Assembly: GCA_040386535.1 (NCBI GenBank)
Contig: JAZKFH010000022.1
Location: forward strand, 1-64,000
DNA length: 64,000 nt
Source of the DNA: Myxococcota bacterium
Lineage (GTDB): Bacteria > Myxococcota_A > UBA796 > SXON01
Direction of reading: 5' to 3'
In this document: piece by piece, positions 25,495 to 35,015 of the stretch
Layout: the number at the start of each line of letters is the position of its first letter
Numbering within the stretch: the first letter of the stretch is position 1
Position numbers and translations under genes: made by a program
The notes under the pieces: model-generated
What the model saw: only the letters and a program-made list of their open reading frames with translations
Told to the model about the DNA's origin: nothing
The model's database searches: none

Positions 25495-27381
25495 ATGTCC
25501 CTCCCCGAAGTCCTCCTCACCCTCGCCGGCCAGCGCGACCGCCTTCGCCGAACGGCCGACGCTCTCGTCAAGGTCAGCCAGAACTCGATCCTCAAGGCGG
25601 ACTACCCCGATCTCCGCCTCGATGCCTCGACCGCTCTCCGCAGGATCGCGGGGGAGCTTGACGGCCAGCTTCGCACCGCCGACCGCCCGTTCACGATCGC
25701 GCTGGTCGGCGAATTCTCGGTCGGTAAGTCGACGGTGGTCAACGCCCTGTTGAACCTCGATGGCAGCGTGGCGCTCTCGGCAAAGGATGACCCGGACACC
25801 GCTTGCTCGGTGCTCCTTTGTGGTCGAGGCGAGGGAGATCCGGAGGCCCGCCTGCACTTCGAGGACGGAACCCGGGAGGACACCACATGGCAGCGTGCGT
25901 CCCGGCTCGCGAGCCAGGTGTGGCTCGCCGACCACCCCGAAGATGCGTCGGTCTCCGATGATCTCGTCGAGATCGAATACTTCGTTGCGAGCGAGGTTCT
26001 CGCCGGGATCGCGATCAATGATCTGCCCGGCACGGGCTCGCGGTACTGGGAGCGTCACACGGCCCTGACCCACCGAAAGATGAAGGAGGCCGATGCCATC
26101 CTTTGGGTGGTCGGAGAGCCCGAGCCGTCCGCAGAGTCCGTGCACGACCTGCGGGTGCTCGGCGACTGTCGGCAGCGCGTGCACCCCCTCGTAAACGTCT
26201 GGGAGGATCCCGAGGTCGGGATCGCTCGCGACGAGGCCGCTGTCGCGCGCGCGGTGGCGAGGCTGAAGAAGAACTTCGGGACCCTCTTTGCGGGGGAGCC
26301 GATCTGCGTCGCCGCACGCGTGATCCAGCTCGAGCGGGCCAAGGGCGCTCCCTCCCGGGACGTGCTGCGCCGCGCGGGTTGGGACGATCTGGTTCAGGTC
26401 GTTGACGCGCTGCGCGGCAACGGTACTGGGGGCGATCGCCTGCATCGGGTGTGCGGAGCAAGCATCGCGCTCGGGAATGAGGCCTGCGACACCCTCTTGG
26501 GGTCCGTGGACACGCTCGACGCCTGGATCACGCGAATCGGCGCCGCCTCGACGCAGGCCACCAGCCGCTTCGACGACATCGGCTCGGTGCATGACGACGT
26601 GCGTGGGCGTGTCCGTGGGCTGGCGCGGGAGCGGGCGATTCGTATCTCCCACCACGTCGGGGCCGCGGGCGCGGCATTCGTAGAGGACACGCTTCAGATC
26701 GACAACTGGAGCGACATCGGGACGACCCTCCGGTGGCGCGGGCGCGAGCTTCTCGAGGCACAGCTCAAGCAACGCTTCCTCGCCGAGTACCTGCAGTTGG
26801 ACAAGCAACCCTCCTGGCTGGACGAGCTGGGGGCGGAGTACGCCGAGGAGGTGCGCATGGTGGTGGTGCCTGCGTGGCGGCAGCTGCTGGCACGCCTGCC
26901 GGCGTACACGGGATCGGGCGCGAACATCCCGACGCCCCGGATTGAAATTGGTCCGCTCGGGCAAGCGCTGGTCAAGGCGGTGTTCAACGTGCTGGCGCGG
27001 GTGTTGGGAATCATCGCGATCGGGGGGATGCTCGCCATGATTCCGGGTGGCGTGATCATCGACGTGGTGGCGATCCTCGGACTGCTGATCCTCTCGGCGA
27101 TCAGCGACCCACTCGCCGGGGCCCGCCGACGGGCGGTGGAGCGGGTGCGGCTACAAGCCGACGCCCAGCAGCACGAGATCCAGAACCGGCTCTTCGAGGC
27201 CGGGCTGGAGGGAAATGCCGTGATCGAGGCGGCGGTTCGCGCTGCCCTGCAAGCGGGGAGCGACCGGGCAACAGAGAGCCTGGGCCTGCTTCACGAGCTT
27301 CGCGGGGTGCTCTCCGAAGGGGAGGAGTCGATGCGCACGTCCATCCAGACATTCAACGATCTGCTCCGGGGTAGCCGATGA
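25495..27381 (+). CDS. Dynamin-like GTPase with a C-terminal hydrophobic hairpin
   Basis: GEFSVGKST (G1), PDT (G2), DLPG (G3), NVWE (G4 variant); hydrophobic VLGIIAIGGMLAMIPGGVIIDVVAILGLLIL. Confidence 0.9.
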   Translation: MSLPEVLLTLAGQRDRLRRTADALVKVSQNSILKADYPDLRLDASTALRRIAGELDGQLRTADRPFTIALVGEFSVGKSTVVNALLNLDGSVALSAKDDPDTACSVLLCGRGEGDPEARLHFEDGTREDTTWQRASRLASQVWLADHPEDASVSDDLVEIEYFVASEVLAGIAINDLPGTGSRYWERHTALTHRKMKEADAILWVVGEPEPSAESVHDLRVLGDCRQRVHPLVNVWEDPEVGIARDEAAVARAVARLKKNFGTLFAGEPICVAARVIQLERAKGAPSRDVLRRAGWDDLVQVVDALRGNGTGGDRLHRVCGASIALGNEACDTLLGSVDTLDAWITRIGAASTQATSRFDDIGSVHDDVRGRVRGLARERAIRISHHVGAAGAAFVEDTLQIDNWSDIGTTLRWRGRELLEAQLKQRFLAEYLQLDKQPSWLDELGAEYAEEVRMVVVPAWRQLLARLPAYTGSGANIPTPRIEIGPLGQALVKAVFNVLARVLGIIAIGGMLAMIPGGVIIDVVAILGLLILSAISDPLAGARRRAVERVRLQADAQQHEIQNRLFEAGLEGNAVIEAAVRAALQAGSDRATESLGLLHELRGVLSEGEESMRTSIQTFNDLLRGSR

Positions 27382-28835
27382 GCACGCTCCAATCCTCGGC
27401 ATCGTGCCTCGCCGGACTCGACCCAGCCGATCGCAGCCCCGAGTTGGAGCAGCAGCTCGCGGCAGATCTGTTGGTCGAGGCCGCCGGCTTCCCCGTTGTC
27501 TGGCTCGCGAGCGATGCCGAGCGCGCGCAACGCCTCGCGGACGTGCTTCCCCGGGCTGTCTCGTTGCCAGCCTTTCGCGACGTGGGGACGTGGTCGCCCG
27601 AACAGCTCGCCGCCATCGAGCGCGCGGGCGTCCTGGTCGCGCTGACGACGGCCGGACAGCTCTTGCCGCGCACGCTGGCGGCGGCGCTGATCCACGCAGC
27701 CCGCTCCGACGTGCCTGTCGCTCTCCTGGTCGATGGCTTGGACCGCGTGCGCGAACCCGAGGCGGTCGCCGCGGGAGTTCCCCGCCAGCTCGACGAGGTC
27801 TTGGCGGAGGGCGTCGGCGCTGGCCGGACCCGGCTGCCCGAGCGCGACATCGTTTGCCTCGGCAATGCGCGGGTGGCCGGACCCGATCTTGCGCAAGCGG
27901 TGGTGCGCGGCGTGGCTCTCCACCACCCCGGAACGAGGAGCCGAGCGCTAGCCAGGCTCCGCGCCGCGGAAGCCAGGCTCTGGATCGAGGTCAAGCTTCA
28001 ACACGTGACCGCGCTCGCCTCGCTCTCCGCGGAGCACGCCGGCTTGATCCGTGAGAGTCAGCTCGGCGTGGATGTCCTCGCGCGCCGCCACGTCGGCGCC
28101 TGGATTCAGCCGCTGTCGTCGATCGGCGCTGCGCTGGCCAAGCTGGACCCTGAGGCGATGGTCGCCCGTGTCTACGAGGACGCACGCGCCACGCCCCTCG
28201 CGGAGGCGTTCGCGGCACGCCTTCGCGAGGAGATGGGCAGCGCGGTGGCCCTCCCGACACACGAGGTGGAGGCGCACCTGCGCGCCGATCTCAACGAACT
28301 TCGACGCCTGGTGCTCGCAGACCTGGGCCGCCTCGATGAGGCATTTGTCGCCCGCTTCCCTGGTTCCCTCCCTCCGCAATCGGCGCCCCTCGCGTCGGAT
28401 GCCCTGCTCGCGCGCGTTGCAGCTCGACTCGACGCGATCGCCGAGGAGGTCAACGCCGCGGTGCTGGAACCGGCGTTGCTGCGGGTGTTCAGTGAGCTTC
28501 TTCGGGGCGGCTCCAGCGCGGCAAATCAGCCTGGCAGTGAGGACGCCAGAGCGCCCTCCCCGGACGCGCAGGCCCCCCTGACGCGCTCGATTTTCGCGCG
28601 AATCCCCGAGCAGATGCTTCGGATCCACCTGGTGACGGCCACCCGGCAGATCCTGGACGACGCGCGCGACCGCGTCGAGCAAGTCCTGCGGACGGCGCTA
28701 CTCGGGTGGTGCAGCGAGATCGCCGAGCTGACGGCTGTCGGCTTCCGGGATCGCGCGGACACGCTTGCCGCGCTCCGAGCGCACGCCGCGCGCCGCTTGG
28801 CCTCCCTCGGCGCCGCGCACACAGAGCTCCGATGA
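27378..28835 (+). CDS. Helical protein, probable degenerate dynamin-like partner with no P-loop
   Basis: ATGA-coupled on both sides; residual alpha/beta segment (VLVALTTA...VALLVDGLDRV) followed by long helices. Confidence 0.6.
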   Translation: MSTLQSSASCLAGLDPADRSPELEQQLAADLLVEAAGFPVVWLASDAERAQRLADVLPRAVSLPAFRDVGTWSPEQLAAIERAGVLVALTTAGQLLPRTLAAALIHAARSDVPVALLVDGLDRVREPEAVAAGVPRQLDEVLAEGVGAGRTRLPERDIVCLGNARVAGPDLAQAVVRGVALHHPGTRSRALARLRAAEARLWIEVKLQHVTALASLSAEHAGLIRESQLGVDVLARRHVGAWIQPLSSIGAALAKLDPEAMVARVYEDARATPLAEAFAARLREEMGSAVALPTHEVEAHLRADLNELRRLVLADLGRLDEAFVARFPGSLPPQSAPLASDALLARVAARLDAIAEEVNAAVLEPALLRVFSELLRGGSSAANQPGSEDARAPSPDAQAPLTRSIFARIPEQMLRIHLVTATRQILDDARDRVEQVLRTALLGWCSEIAELTAVGFRDRADTLAALRAHAARRLASLGAAHTELR

Positions 28836-31800
28836 GCACGGCGTCGGGTCCGAGCCCTCTCGTGCTCGTCTACGACCCCAGCGACGCGTGGAGTTCGCTC
28901 GGAGGGCCGTCGTTGCCCCTCGGCCAAGCAGTGACGCTCGAGCGAGAGGGATTGGTGACCCGCATGCTGCGCCTTCCGGCCGGCCCCCTCCCCCCTTCGG
29001 ATGTGCTGATCGGGCTGGTTCCGGATCGCGTCTTTGACCAGGAGGAGAACGCAACCGCGACGCGCGCGCTCACGGGGCATCGCCTGTTCATCGCGGGCGT
29101 CGACAGCAATCTGCTGGCCGAGGTTCCTCGCGCCGGGTTTGGCTTCGAGGAGCTGATTGCAGCGGTTCGCCGGAGCTACCGGGCGCCGCTGATGCTCGTG
29201 GTCGAGGCCGATCCGCGCGAGACCGTAGCGGACAGCATCCGGCTCGTATTCAAGCTCGCCCATGTGGCATCGGCCTGCCGTAGCTCGCGCGCGGAGATCG
29301 CTCGGCTCACCGGCGCCGGTCGAACCCTTCTGCGCCGCGTCCAGCCCACGAACTCCGGCCTGGCCTCGCTGGCTACAGCCATCGACGATGCCGCCCAGGC
29401 CAAGCAACTGCGTCAGGGGACCAGCGCGGCTGAGGGAAGTCTCTCCGCCCAAACAAGAGACTTTTCTCTGAGGACGGGAGAGTGGGAGACGCTCGCCGGC
29501 CGGTACCGCGACCGATGCCTCGCCGCAGCGCGCGGCGTCAAATACCACGGTGTTGGCGCGGAGAACATCGTGGAAGGCGTGGCCGAGCTGCTCGCGGACG
29601 TGGCCTTGCGCCTGGAGCTCGACCTGGCCAGCCCCCCTTGCAGCCAGCTCGTCGCGTGGACGCAAAGCCTGCGGCTAACGCTCGCGACGCCGGGGATCAC
29701 GTTGCCGATCGTCGGGCTGTTCAGCTCCGGGAAGACCACTCTCATCAATCACATTCTCGGCAGCACCCCAGATGGGCACCCGCTGCTACGCACATCGCAA
29801 GCGCACAACACCGCGCTGCTCGCCCACTTCCACCTCAAGAGCCCGGAAGAACAGAACCGAGTCAGCTTCAAGTGGCGCGACAGGGTCGATCTCGAGCTCC
29901 TGCGCCATGATGACCCCGAAGCGCGCCCCATCGCCTCCCCCGGCGGGGGCGTCATCGAATCCGTGGCCTCGAGCGGCGATGGTGGCAGGATGGTGACCGT
30001 GCGTACGGATGACGGCGCGCTGCGGTGGGCAACCGTGCCAAACAATCGCCGCCTCCTCGCGGATGTACGGAAGGGTTTCCGCGTTCGCCATGGGCAGGCA
30101 CTGACGGACGGGCTCGACGCGGACGCGCAGATGGCGGGCCTGCTCTCGGAGCCCGCCAGCCGGGCCTTATCCGCACGCCCGTGGGCGATCTTGTCGATGA
30201 TCCGGTTTCTTGCCGAGGGGCGGCTGGATGACGTGCGCCTGAGCGTGCGCTGGCGCGAGCTGCGCCGCGACCGGATAATGGGCGATCCGTTCGCACCTTT
30301 GGACGAAGTGCTTTCTCCCCATGAGCCTCGGGGGATGGAGGTCTTGCGCGTGCTCGAGGAGATCGCGCGCGGGTACGAGGACGCCAAGGAATTGCGCGTG
30401 GCAATCCCGCACAAACGGGCGCGCTATCCTATGTCCGTGGCGATCCAAGCCCGCATCCGACCCGCAACCTGCGTGCCGGCCGATCATGTGCTGGAAACCG
30501 ACGCGGATTGGAACTGGTTCCAGGGCCCTGCCATCTCCCGCTCCACCGAAGGCGACGGCCCGCGCGGCTTCGCCGAGTCTCCCCTCGCCGCGTGGCTGAT
30601 CGAGCGCGCAGATATCCGGCTTGACACGCCGCTGTTCCGCTTGGTGTCACTCGCCGACACGCCAGGGCTCAATTCGATCAGCGAACACCATGACCGCATC
30701 ACGGAGCAGGTGATCCAGGATGGGCATGCCTTCCTCGTCATGGTGCTCCTTGGCAAGGACACCAAGTCAGGGGCCATGGAGCGCGTGTTGCACATGATCC
30801 GGCAGTCGTTGGAGGCGCATCGTGTTCCCCGCGGCGATTGGCGCGATCGGGTGTTCGTCGTGATGAACTGGAAGGATCGTGAGGTTGGCGCGCGGACTTC
30901 CGAGCTCGCAAAGGCGAGCGTGGAGTACCTTCGCGGGCGGCTGCGCGCGGTCTTGGAAACGGATTCGCCGCGCACCTACGTGGTCAACCTCGCTCCCACG
31001 CGCGCGCACGAGAATCCGGACGAGCTGCTCGGCTACCCGTCGCTCGCGCCCCTGAAACGCGACTTGCGGACGTTCCTCGCCCTGCGCGGGCTCGGCGGAA
31101 AACTCTCCGATGCACTGCAGGAGCTCGCGGCGATTCTGACGCGCCGGAAGCGGGACCTGGAAAACGAGGCAATCCCTTTGCGGGGTGGACACAACGCCGA
31201 CGACATGAAGCGGTTGGGCCTGGCCATCGAGACGCTTGCCCCAGGCGGCTCCGCGCGGAAGGCCCTCGCGACGTCGATCCAGGAGGCCGTCGATGCGGTC
31301 ACCTCCCCGATCCTGCAGTTGAACCGCGAGCTCTCCCGCGACTATCAAGGCAAGGATGACTTCGCTCAGGCGGGTGAGATCGGGCCCACCTTCATCCGCG
31401 CCTACCACGCGGGGCGCCTTGCGCTGATTGGGGATGTGCCTGCGGGGATCGACGCGCGCCTTCAGCGGCTCGGAGGCGAATGGGTGAGCGACCGGCCCAA
31501 GGTTGACCGCCCGGCGGAGGAGGTCGCGCTCCTCCCCACGCTCGCTCCCGACGCGCTGGCAAACGATGCCGCCGCCGTGGTTCGCGACTGGCCGGGCGGC
31601 TGGAGCCGGTTCTGGCACGCGGTGTTCAACTTCGAATACCATGTGACCACGCAGCGGAGCCTGCTCTGCGCGCGGTACGCCGACGCCGCGTTCGTGGCGA
31701 AGGTCGCTGTCGCTGCGCAGGCGGCGGGCAAACGAATGAGCGACTCCGTCAACGCGGCCTGCGATGCGCTCCACGTCAAGCTGACATCGCGACGAGCCAC

Positions 31801-31948
31801 GAGCTTGGCCAGCGCCTCAGATCGCGCCGCGCGACTCGAAGAGATCGAACGGCAGCTTGAGTCGCTTCGCTGCTTCGAGCCCGCGGCCCGAAGGATGTCC
31901 GATGCGCTGCGGCGGTGCGTCCTGGAACTGGAAGGGAAGACAAATTGA
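28832..31948 (+). CDS. Large dynamin-like GTPase with a long insertion inside the G domain
   Basis: GLFSSGKTT, HNT, DTPGLNS, NWKD; about 280 aa separate G2 from G3. Confidence 0.88.
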   Translation: MSTASGPSPLVLVYDPSDAWSSLGGPSLPLGQAVTLEREGLVTRMLRLPAGPLPPSDVLIGLVPDRVFDQEENATATRALTGHRLFIAGVDSNLLAEVPRAGFGFEELIAAVRRSYRAPLMLVVEADPRETVADSIRLVFKLAHVASACRSSRAEIARLTGAGRTLLRRVQPTNSGLASLATAIDDAAQAKQLRQGTSAAEGSLSAQTRDFSLRTGEWETLAGRYRDRCLAAARGVKYHGVGAENIVEGVAELLADVALRLELDLASPPCSQLVAWTQSLRLTLATPGITLPIVGLFSSGKTTLINHILGSTPDGHPLLRTSQAHNTALLAHFHLKSPEEQNRVSFKWRDRVDLELLRHDDPEARPIASPGGGVIESVASSGDGGRMVTVRTDDGALRWATVPNNRRLLADVRKGFRVRHGQALTDGLDADAQMAGLLSEPASRALSARPWAILSMIRFLAEGRLDDVRLSVRWRELRRDRIMGDPFAPLDEVLSPHEPRGMEVLRVLEEIARGYEDAKELRVAIPHKRARYPMSVAIQARIRPATCVPADHVLETDADWNWFQGPAISRSTEGDGPRGFAESPLAAWLIERADIRLDTPLFRLVSLADTPGLNSISEHHDRITEQVIQDGHAFLVMVLLGKDTKSGAMERVLHMIRQSLEAHRVPRGDWRDRVFVVMNWKDREVGARTSELAKASVEYLRGRLRAVLETDSPRTYVVNLAPTRAHENPDELLGYPSLAPLKRDLRTFLALRGLGGKLSDALQELAAILTRRKRDLENEAIPLRGGHNADDMKRLGLAIETLAPGGSARKALATSIQEAVDAVTSPILQLNRELSRDYQGKDDFAQAGEIGPTFIRAYHAGRLALIGDVPAGIDARLQRLGGEWVSDRPKVDRPAEEVALLPTLAPDALANDAAAVVRDWPGGWSRFWHAVFNFEYHVTTQRSLLCARYADAAFVAKVAVAAQAAGKRMSDSVNAACDALHVKLTSRRATSLASASDRAARLEEIERQLESLRCFEPAARRMSDALRRCVLELEGKTN

Positions 31949-32877
31949 CTGAGACCATTGATGCGCAGGAAGCCAAGCTGATCGCGGATCTGCTGGACCG
32001 TCAATCGGCGGCAGGGCCCCGGCTCGAGGCGGAGCTGCGAGTGCTGGTGGCGGCACAGGCAGAGAGCGCGGTTGCGGCGGTTCGCACCCGGCTGGTGGGA
32101 GCGGAGAGCGGGATCGGCGAGTGCCGTCGTACCCTGAGGGAGCTGGACGGATGCGTGGACGAGCTCGGCCGAAGGCTGGGGGCGGAGATCGTCGCGGCGA
32201 GGGCGGAGGCCGTGACCGAGCATTCGGCCCGGCGAGCAGAGATGGCGGCGATTCGGGGCGCGCTCAACGCGCAGATCACGGCGCTGGCCGGCGACGTCGC
32301 CGCGACCCGCGTGGAGGCTTCGGCCGAGCGGGAGACGCGGCGGGCACAGATGCAGGATCTGCGTCTCGAATGCGGGGTGGAGATCGCTGCCACGCGGGCG
32401 GCGATGGAACCGCTTCGCAACGCGCTCGTTGCGCAGATCGCGGCGGTCCGCACGGAAACCGACGAGTCTCGAAAAGCTCTGGGTGCCGAGTTCGCGGTGT
32501 TCCGCCGTGGGACCGGCGCGGAGCGCGAGGCGCGGCTGGCTGAGGCGGCAGAGGCTCGGACCGAAGTCACCCGACGGCTGGACGGACTCGCGGGCGCATT
32601 GGCCGAGGGACTGCTGGCCGTCCGCGCAGAAGAGGAAGCCAGCCGGGAGCAATACGCCGGCGCCGTCGCTGTCACACGCGCAGAGCTGGCGGCGGCTACC
32701 CTTGCCCTACAAGGGCACACGGAGGAGTTGAACCTTCTCCGCGGCTGCGCCGAAGCCAGCCGTCAGAAGACGGAGCGCCAACTGTTGCGGATCGGAACCG
32801 GAGCAGCACTCGCGGCCATCGTCGGCATGGCGGGATGGTTCGCGGCGGCGGCGATGTTGTGGCTCGCCGTGCGATAG
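31945..32877 (+). CDS. Coiled-coil protein with a C-terminal TM anchor
   Basis: Ala/Glu/Arg-rich heptad-like repeats; terminal hydrophobic helix; TTGA overlap start (estimated). Confidence 0.75.
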   Translation: MTETIDAQEAKLIADLLDRQSAAGPRLEAELRVLVAAQAESAVAAVRTRLVGAESGIGECRRTLRELDGCVDELGRRLGAEIVAARAEAVTEHSARRAEMAAIRGALNAQITALAGDVAATRVEASAERETRRAQMQDLRLECGVEIAATRAAMEPLRNALVAQIAAVRTETDESRKALGAEFAVFRRGTGAEREARLAEAAEARTEVTRRLDGLAGALAEGLLAVRAEEEASREQYAGAVAVTRAELAAATLALQGHTEELNLLRGCAEASRQKTERQLLRIGTGAALAAIVGMAGWFAAAAMLWLAVR

Positions 32878-32957
32878 GTCAGTGTCTCAACGTCTCAACC
32901 AGCTTGACACCGAGGACCGCCAAACACGGCCGCATCCCTCCGCGTTAAACTTCACCG

Positions 32958-33614
32958 ATGAGTATCCAAACGTCCCTCTGTCCGAATCGTTGCATCAAGA
33001 CCCCCTACGGCATCGTCGACGTCGGCAGCCCCGTACTTCGCCGGCGAGCGGTCGAAGTTGATCCGGCGGAGCTCGACCTCCCGATCTTCAGGGGTCTCGT
33101 CGCGGAGCTGGTCCGCCGCCTCGCCGTCGGCGTCGGCGTCGCCGCCCCCCAGGTCGGCTTCGGCGTGCGCGTGATCGTGGTGGAGGACGGCCCCGAGAAG
33201 TGGGAGCGCGCAAAGCCCCCGCCGGCCGAGACGCAGCTTCGCGAGCGTGAACGCGCGGCCCTGCCCCGCATGGTGCTCGTCAACCCAGTCCTCACGCCGC
33301 TGGGCGAGGAGCGCACCGACTTCCTCGAGGGGTGCTTGAGCGTCGGGGATCTCGCGGCCGTGGTGACGCGCTACCGGTCGGTGCACCTCCGCGCATTGGG
33401 CCTCGACGGCAAGGTTGTGGAGGGCGACTACCACGGCTGGTCCGCTCGCATCCTCCAGCACGAGGTCGACCATCTAGACGGCGTGCTGTTCGTGGACCGA
33501 ATGGATCCGCGCACGCTCGCGCGGCACGCCGCGTTGGCGGAGCTGTGGCCCGGCGCGTCGGTCGCCGAGCTGCGCGAAGGGTTGAATACGCCCGGGATGG
33601 GAAGGCCTATCTGA
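32958..33614 (+). CDS. def: Peptide deformylase
   Basis: GVGVAAPQVG, EGCLS, QHEVDHLDG. Confidence 0.95.
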   Translation: MSIQTSLCPNRCIKTPYGIVDVGSPVLRRRAVEVDPAELDLPIFRGLVAELVRRLAVGVGVAAPQVGFGVRVIVVEDGPEKWERAKPPPAETQLRERERAALPRMVLVNPVLTPLGEERTDFLEGCLSVGDLAAVVTRYRSVHLRALGLDGKVVEGDYHGWSARILQHEVDHLDGVLFVDRMDPRTLARHAALAELWPGASVAELREGLNTPGMGRPI

Positions 33615-33705
33615 GGACGGATTCAGAAAGGCGTCACAAATTGCGGCCCACCCCTGTCCGGTCCCCTCCCCCACCCGCGTCTCCCCTCCCACAAGGAGCT
33701 CACCG

Positions 33706-34362
33706 ATGGACCTCGACCGCTTCGTGACCGCCACCCCACGTCCCCTCCCGGTGATCCTGCTCCTCGACGTGAGCGGGAGCATGCAGGGCTCGAAGATCGC
33801 CGCCCTGAACGCCGCGCTCAAGGAGCTCGCTCAGGACCTGGCCGGGAGCACCACGCCCCAAGGCGAAATCCACATCGGCGTGGTGGTGTTCTCCTCGGGC
33901 GTCGACGCACGAGACCCGGTGGCCGCCGGCCAGTTCGTCCCCGAGGAATTCCGCGCCGATGGGCAAACGGCGATGGGCGCGGCGATTGACGCCACTCGCG
34001 CCATGCTGGAGGACCGGGAACGGATCCCGTCTCGCGCGTACACCCCGACGCTGGTCCTCGTGAGCGACGGCCAGCCGACCGACGGCGCGGAGAAGGCGAT
34101 CGAGCGCCTCCTCGGATCGGACCGCGGTCGGAAGGCCACGCGCCTGGCCCTCGCGATCGGGGATGACGCCGATGTCGACATGCTCAAGCGCTTCGTGGGA
34201 AACGCGGAGATCCCCGTGTTCCGCGCACAAGAGACCGCCAAGATCCGCGACTTCTTTCGATGGGTCACGTTCTCCGTGCAGGTGCGCACCAAGTCCCGCA
34301 ACCCCGATGCGACCGCCGTGCCGCTGGTGGCCGGCTTCGACCCGGGCGACCTGGTCTACTGA
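33706..34362 (+). CDS. terY: TerY-like vWA domain protein
   Basis: LPVILLLDVSGSM MIDAS motif, GQTAMGAA, LVSDGQPTD, LAIG; AAGGAG RBS. Confidence 0.93.
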   Translation: MDLDRFVTATPRPLPVILLLDVSGSMQGSKIAALNAALKELAQDLAGSTTPQGEIHIGVVVFSSGVDARDPVAAGQFVPEEFRADGQTAMGAAIDATRAMLEDRERIPSRAYTPTLVLVSDGQPTDGAEKAIERLLGSDRGRKATRLALAIGDDADVDMLKRFVGNAEIPVFRAQETAKIRDFFRWVTFSVQVRTKSRNPDATAVPLVAGFDPGDLVY

Positions 34363-35015
34363 TGCCGGCCCTCTCGGTCGCGGTGCCCGGGCGGGCAGGC
34401 GTCGTCTGTGCGGACTGCGCGGATCGCCACCCCCGCGGCGATGCCATCGTCGTGGCCGACGGGCTCGGGAGCGCTTCGTTGGGCTCGCTCGGCAGCTACA
34501 CCGTGGCGGCGATCGTGCTCGGCGCGCTTCGCGACGATGCGTGGGCCGGCCTCCCGACCGAGGCCCTCGCGACAAGGCTTCACAGCCTCTACGGTGAGGC
34601 CACCGGCGGTGCGAGGGAGGTCGCGACGACATGCCTGTTTGCCATCGCTACGCGCGATCGATTGGTCGTGGGCCAGGTCGGCGACGGACTGGTGGCGGTG
34701 CTCTGCACGAGCGGCGCGCTCTGGACCATGGACGTGGAGAAGGACTTCGGCAACGAGACGGACGCCCTCCCGCGCTCCGTTCCGCGCTGCTCCGACCTCC
34801 CGCTCGACACGGTCGATGGCGTATTCCTTTGCAGCGACGGCGTAGCCGACGACCTCGTCGCCGGGCGGCTCCCGGAGCTCGTGCACTCGCTCCTCGCGGA
34901 AGCTCGTCGTGATCCAACCGCGCTTGAGACACGACTTCATGGTTGGCTCACGCGCTGGCCGACCCCCAACTCTCACGACGACCGGGCGCTCGCGCTCCTC
35001 TGGATGCCCCGATGA
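34362..35015 (+). CDS. PP2C-like phosphatase of the TerY-P triad
   Basis: VVADGLGS, QVGDG, NET, CSDGV, HDDRA. Confidence 0.9.
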   Translation: MPALSVAVPGRAGVVCADCADRHPRGDAIVVADGLGSASLGSLGSYTVAAIVLGALRDDAWAGLPTEALATRLHSLYGEATGGAREVATTCLFAIATRDRLVVGQVGDGLVAVLCTSGALWTMDVEKDFGNETDALPRSVPRCSDLPLDTVDGVFLCSDGVADDLVAGRLPELVHSLLAEARRDPTALETRLHGWLTRWPTPNSHDDRALALLWMPR

